DNA of 64,000 bases from Candidatus Eiseniibacteriota bacterium (lineage in GTDB: Bacteria > Eisenbacteria > RBG-16-71-46), in the NCBI GenBank assembly GCA_031364845.1, contig JANLWX010000231.1:51864-115863 (forward strand), written 5' to 3'. The notes beneath the pieces were generated by a model. The model ran no database searches, was not told where the DNA came from, and saw only the letters and a list, made by a program, of their open reading frames with translations. Positions 57,891 through 64,000 of this stretch are shown piece by piece; the stretch's first letter is position 1, and each line of letters opens with the position of its first letter. The position numbers were made by a program, and so were the translations under genes.

Positions 57891-57943
57891 CCTGAAGACG
57901 ACGCCGAGTTCATCCCGCTCCCCTGAAGAAGAGAAGAGGACCT

Positions 57944-58615
57944 ATGGCGAATCCCACCCCGCCCACCAAGCTCAAGGTGCTCGTCTTTGCGGCCTCGCTG
58001 CGCGCCGAGTCCCTGAACCGCAAGCTCGCCGCTCTCGCGGCTCGGGTTTCCGAGGAGCACGGAGCGACCGTCGATCTGGCGTCGATGCGCGACTTCGACG
58101 TGCCGCTCTATGACGGCGACACCGAGACGGCGAGTGCGATCCCACAAGGAGCGCAGGAACTTCGTGACCGGCTCGTGGCGAGCGACGCCTTCATCATCGC
58201 CTCGCCCGAGTACAACGGCTCGATGCCAGGGACGATCAAGAACCTGATCGACTGGACCTCGCGCTTCCGGCCGCAGCCGTTCGACGCGCGACACGCACTG
58301 CTGCTCTCCGCGTCGCCCTCACTGGCCGGCGGCAACCGTGGCCTGTGGGCTTTGCGCATGCCGCTCGAGCATCTGGGCACGCGAGTCTTCCCGGATATGT
58401 TCTCGCTCTCGATGGCGCACAAGGCGTTCGAAGGCGATGAGATCGCAGACCCCAAGCTGCGAGCGCGTTTCGAGACCAACATGCAGGCGTTTCTCTCGCT
58501 TGCCGAGGCCGCGAAGCACTACCCTTGCATCAAGAAGGCGTGGGTGGAGTTTCTCGGTGAGCCTCCCGGAGTCGGTGTGGATCGCGTCGACGCTCCCGCG
58601 GAGTCTGCCACTTGA
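57944..58615 (+). CDS. NADPH-dependent FMN reductase
   Basis: ASLRAESLN, PLYDGD, ASPEYNGS..KNLIDW and SASP..GG.RG. Confidence 0.94.
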   Translation: MANPTPPTKLKVLVFAASLRAESLNRKLAALAARVSEEHGATVDLASMRDFDVPLYDGDTETASAIPQGAQELRDRLVASDAFIIASPEYNGSMPGTIKNLIDWTSRFRPQPFDARHALLLSASPSLAGGNRGLWALRMPLEHLGTRVFPDMFSLSMAHKAFEGDEIADPKLRARFETNMQAFLSLAEAAKHYPCIKKAWVEFLGEPPGVGVDRVDAPAESAT

Positions 58616-58714
58616 GTACTACACGGCCGCGCACAAACGACGGTCGCTGAATGTCTCCCCAGGGTCCAGCTCAGCCATGCTCGACGCCCCGTCATGGCGC
58701 GCTTCCCGCGTCGC

Positions 58715-60316
58715 TCATCGTGTGATCAAGAGTCGCCGGATGCGCGTGCCCGATGCGGAATCCAGGCGCAGGAAGTAGAGACCGGCAGGAGGCAGCCCGG
58801 GCGATCCCCCGATCCAACTCACCCTATGACGGCCCGCGGAGTACTCGCCCTCTTCCAGAGTCACCACAATGCGACCCTGAAGATCGATCAGCGTGAGCCG
58901 CGCCCATTCGGCGCGAGCCAATCCGAACTCGATCGAGATCGGCAGCGCAGAAGGATTGGGAATGGGCGGATCGAGGGTGAGCGCATCCCTCGTGGCTCCC
59001 GGCCAGCGGAGCGTGCCGGCGACCGAGTTCGATCCGTCGCCGTGGCGAACGATCAGGCGATAGCTCAATGCCTGGTCGATCCGGGTGCCGGTGTCGACCC
59101 ACTCGGCGCTCGCGCTCGCGCCGGTCGCGAATCGCGCGACTTCCGTCCAGGGCCCCGCGTCGCTCGGCGCTCGTTCGAGTGCCACGCCCGCGATGTCGCC
59201 GGTCAAATCCCAACGGATGCGCAGACCGCCCGTGGAAGGCTCGACATCAAAGCGACGAAGCATTGTTCCCACGGTCTCGTCGTCGACGCGACGCCAGGTG
59301 GCGCCGTTCCAGGCCCAGAGATCGTTCTTGGCTCCGGAATCGTCGAAGCCGCCGAACAAGAGCACGACGCAGTTCACGTTGTCGTAGACGAGTTGCGGAA
59401 AGGCGCGCGGCCCGGGGCCAGTGAGGAACGGCACATTCGTCCAATGCTCGCCGTCGAATTCCCAAAGGTCGGCGAGGACCGATCCTGCCAAGCCTCCATA
59501 GAGCACCGTGCGCCGCCGTGACGCATCGTTTGCGATCGCCACGTGATCTCGGCGGCCGGGCCCCGGGTCGGGCACGCTATCCCACACGCCGTCGGTCCAT
59601 TTCCAGGTTCCGCCCGACTCGTTCTTGGGTGGCAACTCGGGCCATGTGTTGCCGCCGAATACGACGAGTCGCGCCGAATCCTCGACCGCCATCCCGAACA
59701 GGAATCGCGCCGGACCCTCGGCCGTAAGCCGCAGCCATGCGGTGCCGGTCCACTCCCATAGGTCGCCGAAGCGCGTTGTGCCGCTCATGCCGCCGAAGAG
59801 CACGACCCGACCTCGCGACCGCACGAACGCGAGCCGGTGGAGCGTGCGCGGAGCGGGGCCCGAGCCCGGCAGTTGCGTCCACGTGCTGCCGTTCCATTCC
59901 CACGTGTCGCCGCGCGTGACGCCATGGGAATCGCCGCCGAAGAGCACCGTCTTGTGTCGCACCGGGTCGTAAGCGAGCGCCGGTGCGTTGCGCGCCTGCG
60001 GTCCCCTCGTCGCAGCCAGGCGCCACGCGCTCCCGTTCCAGTCCCACGTGTCGCCAAGCGCCGAGCCGGCCCAGCCTCCGAACAGAACCAGCACGCCACG
60101 ATCGCTGTCGAATGCCACGCCCGCCGAGTAACGCGCCGGCGGGCGCACCAGCGCCGCGGGTGACGAGGACGCGACCGCCGCCATTCCGATCACGGCGGCG
60201 AAGGCGATGAGGGAGAAAGAGATTCGGGTGATGCAGCGATGATCGAGCAACGAATGCGGGAAACCGGCTCGTGGGAGCAGTTGGGCACTGGGCATCGAGA
60301 TCCTCGTCGAGTTCAT
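58715..60316 (-). CDS. Secreted kelch-like beta-propeller with C-terminal FlgD-Ig/T9SS-type domain
   Basis: Repeats P..R....[AV]YD..R...VLFGG......DTWEW.G..W; tail PNP..IDLQGRIV..GLYFLRL. The true start is probably downstream of 60316. Confidence 0.88.
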   Translation of the reverse strand: MNSTRISMPSAQLLPRAGFPHSLLDHRCITRISFSLIAFAAVIGMAAVASSSPAALVRPPARYSAGVAFDSDRGVLVLFGGWAGSALGDTWDWNGSAWRLAATRGPQARNAPALAYDPVRHKTVLFGGDSHGVTRGDTWEWNGSTWTQLPGSGPAPRTLHRLAFVRSRGRVVLFGGMSGTTRFGDLWEWTGTAWLRLTAEGPARFLFGMAVEDSARLVVFGGNTWPELPPKNESGGTWKWTDGVWDSVPDPGPGRRDHVAIANDASRRRTVLYGGLAGSVLADLWEFDGEHWTNVPFLTGPGPRAFPQLVYDNVNCVVLLFGGFDDSGAKNDLWAWNGATWRRVDDETVGTMLRRFDVEPSTGGLRIRWDLTGDIAGVALERAPSDAGPWTEVARFATGASASAEWVDTGTRIDQALSYRLIVRHGDGSNSVAGTLRWPGATRDALTLDPPIPNPSALPISIEFGLARAEWARLTLIDLQGRIVVTLEEGEYSAGRHRVSWIGGSPGLPPAGLYFLRLDSASGTRIRRLLITR

Positions 60317-60502
60317 CCGGTCGCGCAGACCGTACCAAACGAAACCCGCCCCGACCTGCCTTCCGGGACGAACGTCGTCGTGGTCGTGACGAATGGCGGT
60401 CTCGATTCGTCGCTCGATGAAGGATGCACCCTGCGTTTGCGCGTCAGTTCAACGGGGTCGTGATCTCTGAGTCCCTGCTCCTCACCAGCCCTGGCGCGAG
60501 AC

Positions 60503-61489
60503 GTGCGTGGGAGCGCCCGCGCCGCGCGTCGGCGCGCACGTTTCGCTCACTCCCCCGTTCACATCGTTCACGGAGGTGTCGCCGCGCGCGACAAGTATCG
60601 GAGCCATCCCCATCCGCGACGGCGCGCGCTCGGTTTCGGCGGGGCGCGGGGCGATCGCGCGCCCGAGGTCACGGTCAAGGACGCGGGTGTGCGCTGGCTG
60701 CGCACCTACGTTCCCACCACGCGTAACGAGAAGGGCCAGCAGCTCGCCCAAACCCGCTTCGTGCGGTACGCGTGGGTCATGCTCGGCGACATCCCACTGA
60801 GGGAGTTGGGCGGAGACGACATTCGCGCGTACCGGCTGTGGCTCGAGCATGACGTGCGCCTCAGCCCCTACACCGTGACCCATATTCTCAGCGACCTGCG
60901 ATGCCTGTTGCGCTGGGCCATATCCGTCGGGCTGATCGAGCGCTCGCCGTTTCCTCCGCGGGTGCTGCCGAAGATCGCGGAAGTTCCGCCGCGCGGGTTC
61001 ACCGCAGCGGAGGTCGCGATTCTCACGTCGTTCGGCGGCCATGGCGGCTTCGCGCTGCGCTTCCTGATCGGCACCGGACTGCGCTGGGCCGAGGCGTGCC
61101 GTGCGACGCAAGATCACGTCCGCGGGCTCCTGCTCGAAGTCGGCAACACCAAGTCCGGTCGTGTGCGGCGTGTGCCTCTGACCGTGGAGCTACTGGGAGA
61201 AGCCGAGGTTCATCACTATCACCGTTTCGTTCCCTACGCCGTCAACAGTCCGGGCTCGTTCTCGCGCATGATCCGCCATCACAGCGGTATCGCAGACTTC
61301 CACGTCCACCGTTGCCGCCACACCTTCGCGATGCGCTGGCTGGAAGCCGGCGGCAATCTCGCGGTGCTGCAGCAAGTGCTCGGGCATCGCGATCTGACGA
61401 CGACCATGCGCTATGCCCGCGTCACCGACGAGCTGATCGAACGCGAAGCCGAGAGGGTCGATCGCAAGTTGCGCGGGGTGGATGAATGA
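60503..61489 (+). CDS. Tyrosine recombinase/phage-integrase family protein
   Basis: Catalytic set present: TGLRWAE (R), TKSG (K), HRCRH (HxxR), LGH and TMRY (Y), plus an N-terminal core-binding region. Start uncertain. Confidence 0.92.
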   Translation: MRGSARAARRRARFAHSPVHIVHGGVAARDKYRSHPHPRRRALGFGGARGDRAPEVTVKDAGVRWLRTYVPTTRNEKGQQLAQTRFVRYAWVMLGDIPLRELGGDDIRAYRLWLEHDVRLSPYTVTHILSDLRCLLRWAISVGLIERSPFPPRVLPKIAEVPPRGFTAAEVAILTSFGGHGGFALRFLIGTGLRWAEACRATQDHVRGLLLEVGNTKSGRVRRVPLTVELLGEAEVHHYHRFVPYAVNSPGSFSRMIRHHSGIADFHVHRCRHTFAMRWLEAGGNLAVLQQVLGHRDLTTTMRYARVTDELIEREAERVDRKLRGVDE

Positions 61490-61529
61490 GGGCAGCGCAG
61501 GGTCGGCCGATGCCGTTGCGCATCGGTCT

Positions 61530-62090
61530 TCAGGTCTGAGCCCCGGGCCGGTCAGATGATCCGGGAGGAGACTCGCGCATGATCTCGAACAGCACCCGTT
61601 TCTCACTCTGCATGTCGGGCACCGGCCCCACGAACCGCGCGCCGATCTTCGCGAGCGCCTTTTGCGAGCGCAGGTTGTCCTCTCCCACCACGAACACGAC
61701 GCGCGCGACGAAGCGGAACGCGTGCTCGATCATGAGTACTTTCATCTCACGGTTGTACTCGCCACCCCACAGCCGGCGCTCGAGAAACGTCCAGCCGATC
61801 TCGATCTCGCTCGCGTCGGGTTTGAGCTCATCGTATCGCGAGCTGCCGACGATGCGTCCCGAAGCGCGCTCGATCACCGCGAACGCACCGCCCGAAGCGA
61901 TGCCCCCCTCGAAGTAGCGGCGAAAGGCGGTTAGCGTCCAGCGGTCCGGTTCTGGATGTTGCTCCCAGATGAGCGGGTCGCTCGCCGCGGCGTGGAGCGC
62001 GTCGAAGTCGTCGAGCACGAGTGGCCGCAGGAGCAGCAGGCGGCCTTCCAAGGTGGGTTGGAGCTCGAAGGGTAATGCGGGGAGGCTCAA
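61530..62090 (-). CDS. GNAT (RimJ/RimL-like) N-acetyltransferase
   Basis: TTG start overlapping the upstream TGA; QPTLEG..LRPL..DFDAL..ASDPLIWEQHP, IGWTFL..WGG.YN and N.RSQKA..KIGA. Confidence 0.9.
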   Translation of the reverse strand: MSLPALPFELQPTLEGRLLLLRPLVLDDFDALHAAASDPLIWEQHPEPDRWTLTAFRRYFEGGIASGGAFAVIERASGRIVGSSRYDELKPDASEIEIGWTFLERRLWGGEYNREMKVLMIEHAFRFVARVVFVVGEDNLRSQKALAKIGARFVGPVPDMQSEKRVLFEIMRESPPGSSDRPGAQT

Positions 62091-63805
62091 TCGATGAGTG
62101 CGACGCGGCGGTACGTGTCCACGCCTTCCGCGGTGAAACGCACGAAGTAGATCCCCTTCGGCGCGCGCCGGGTGCCGCCGTGCGCGTTCCACGTCGTCGA
62201 ATGACGACCCGCGGCCTGCACCCCTGACTCGAGCCGCGCCACTTCGCGCCCCGCGACGTCGAGGACGACCAGCTTCACCGCGCCTTCGCGGGCGAGCGAC
62301 CACTGTACCGAGAGGGCACCGCTGGTCGGATTGGGAATTACCGCATCGATTCCGCGCCCCGACATTGCGACCTCGACGCTGGTCGCGATCGGAGCGAACC
62401 GCGCGACGGTAGCGACATGGCCGGCGGGAGTCAGCGTCAGAGGGTTCTGGCTCGACCCCAATCCGTCCCACTTGAGGAAACGGTAGCCGGGAGCCGGCGT
62501 AGCGCGAAGCGTCACGGGCTCACCGGCAGCATGGCAGCGATCCGGTGGCAGCACGGTGAACGTGCCGGTGCCGGGTGGGTCGACGACCCCATCGATCGCA
62601 AGCCCGCCGGCCGGCGACAGCTCGAACAGATCGCTAAGATCGTGGTTGGAATCGGTGCCGCCGAACAGGAACATGCGATCGGCGATCCCGTCGTAAACGA
62701 GACTGCTCCATCGCCGCGCAGTCGGCGAAGCGCCCGCCGGGAGCTGGGCGCACCAGGCCGCGCCACCCGACAGGGACAGCGCGGTCACGTCGCCGCGCAA
62801 TCCTTCGAGGGATTCGCCGCCGAACACCATCAGCCGTTCGCGAACCGGATCGAACACGCCCGCGGCGCCGGAGCGACCGCCGGGCGCGGCGCCCGCGGGA
62901 CGAAATTCGCTCCACACATTCGAATCGAGCCCCAGCATCCACGCATCGTCGCGCCACGAGTCGAGGGCGAGCGCTCTGCCGGCAAACACGATCAACGCTC
63001 GCCGAGTCGCATCGTAAGCCACAGTCGCGTCCTGTCGCGGAGGCGGTGCATTGCCGGCGATGATCTGGGTCCATGACGGTGTTCCCGAAAGGCCGAGCCC
63101 CCAGGTGTCGTTCAACACCGACGACGTCGCATTGCCGCCAAATATCAACATGCGGTCCCCGACCGCGTCGTACGCCACTCACGCGCCGAATCGAGTGGCG
63201 GGCGCAGGACCCGCGGGGGTCAATTGCGTCCACGCCGGCGTTGCGGACAGATCCAGTGCCCACAGATCGTTACTGACCCCCGAGGCGGTGTTGCCGCCGA
63301 ACACGAGGACGCGATTGCGAACCGGATCGTAGATGGTGGCCGCCGAATATCTCTCGGATGGCGAAGCACCCGCAGGCGCGACCTGGATCCACGCCGAGTC
63401 GGTGCTGACTTGCTTGATCCACACATCGTTCAATCGCGTGAACCCGGCCTTACCGCCGAACAGGATGAGCCGGTGGTGGTTCGAGTCGTAGACCATCGAC
63501 TGGCGTGAACGCGGACTCGGTCCCTGCCCTGCGGCGACCGGGATCCATTCCAGGCATCGACCCGGAGTTGAAAGGAGTTGCCATGAGGGGGGTGAATCAC
63601 TCGTGAGTACCCAGGTCTCGTTCAATGGGGCCTGATTCTGACCCCCGAAAGCGATCATGCGATCTCGCGCACCGTCCCATGCCGCGGCGAAATGCTCGCG
63701 CGCCGGAGGGGTCGAAGCCGAAACGCTCATGGCCAGCATGGGAATGGACGCCGCGGCCCATGCGAGGGAAACGACCCAACGACTCAGAGGCGGCAATCTC
63801 AGCAT
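62087..63805 (-). pseudogene. Secreted kelch-like propeller with FlgD-Ig/T9SS-type tail, interrupted by one in-frame TGA (63179-63181)
   Basis: ORFs 63179..63943 and 62087..63178 are contiguous and in frame. The repeat reads PAPATRFGA*VAYDAVGDRMLIFGG across the stop. Signal peptide from ATG 63805. Confidence 0.8.
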
Positions 63806-63886
63806 CAGGGTTCTCCGATCGCAAGAAGAGAGAGACCATGGTAACGCGAGGGGAGCGCCGATCGAACAAATTATCTGGCTCTGCCG

Positions 63887-64000
63887 CTGCCAGATAATTA
63901 TGTCCTCCCTTAACTGCCAAGTGATTATGTCCGCATGGGACATATCGTCATGAGCAACAAGGAGGCCCGGCGGCCGGGTCTGGTACAGGCCGCCATTGCA
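63887..64000 (+). mobile_element. Probable left end of an IS1202/ISNCY-like insertion sequence and start of its transposase (partial)
   Basis: Two 19-bp direct repeats, CTGCCAGATAATTATGTCC and CTGCCAAGTGATTATGTCC (16/19 identical), immediately before ATG 63935. The ORF encodes MGHIVMSNKEARRPGLVQAAIA, resembling the MSxKE..R.GL N-terminus of these transposases. Confidence 0.5.

Noticed and set aside
42000..61489. Integron (integrase plus cassette array) interpretation
   Set aside because: The recombinase shows no obvious IntI-specific insertion, genes are in mixed orientation, and I found no recurring RYYYAAC...GTTRRRY attC sites by eye. IntegronFinder would settle it.
61530..62471. Long N-terminal extension of the GNAT ORF (similarly 9888..10919, 28450..30627, 35536..37365 and 47602..49725)
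   Set aside because: The extensions overlap real neighbouring genes or leader regions; downstream starts with RBS or stop-start coupling fit better.

Overview
This 64 kb window is GC-rich (roughly two-thirds G+C by eye) bacterial chromosome, densely coding, with no rRNA or CRISPR array visible. Its secreted proteins point to a Candidatus Eisenbacteria-like organism (an inference): five end in a FlgD-Ig/T9SS-type C-terminal domain, one has a TWGRIKSLYR tail, and one repeats a Cys-rich [LI][ND]xSWxDCG module. From left to right it holds: (1) a giant secreted protein of alternating Cys-rich modules and IPT/TIG domains that runs off the left edge and is absent from the ORF track; (2) tRNA-Val(GAC) and thrS; (3) an exosortase-H-like gene with a membrane partner, a nearby IPTL/PEP-CTERM-like target and GT-C glycosyltransferases, interleaved with aroC and aroF; (4) ppk2, a DUF4097 protein, a BNR propeller protein, an MFS transporter and a PLP decarboxylase; (5) a stress-type block (degenerate HAD, YihY, topoisomerase IB, glycosyltransferase, TamA/TamB) marked by four sigma54-like -24/-12 motifs; (6) a patchwork accessory region (cytochrome c, hybrid kinase, spondin, LLM oxidoreductase, S9 peptidase, NHL, CRTAC1-like, two DUF1801, beta-helix, DinB, Q/N-rich protein, NMO-like, FMN reductase, kelch proteins); (7) a solo tyrosine recombinase, a kelch gene interrupted by an in-frame UGA followed by a hairpin, and the probable left end of an IS1202/ISNCY-like element. 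The best leads are the variant exosortase/glycoprotein display system, the TWGxIKxLYR C-terminal signal, the triplicated Cys module, the putative sigma54 regulon and the UGA plus hairpin. All product calls come from motif recognition by eye; no database search was run.
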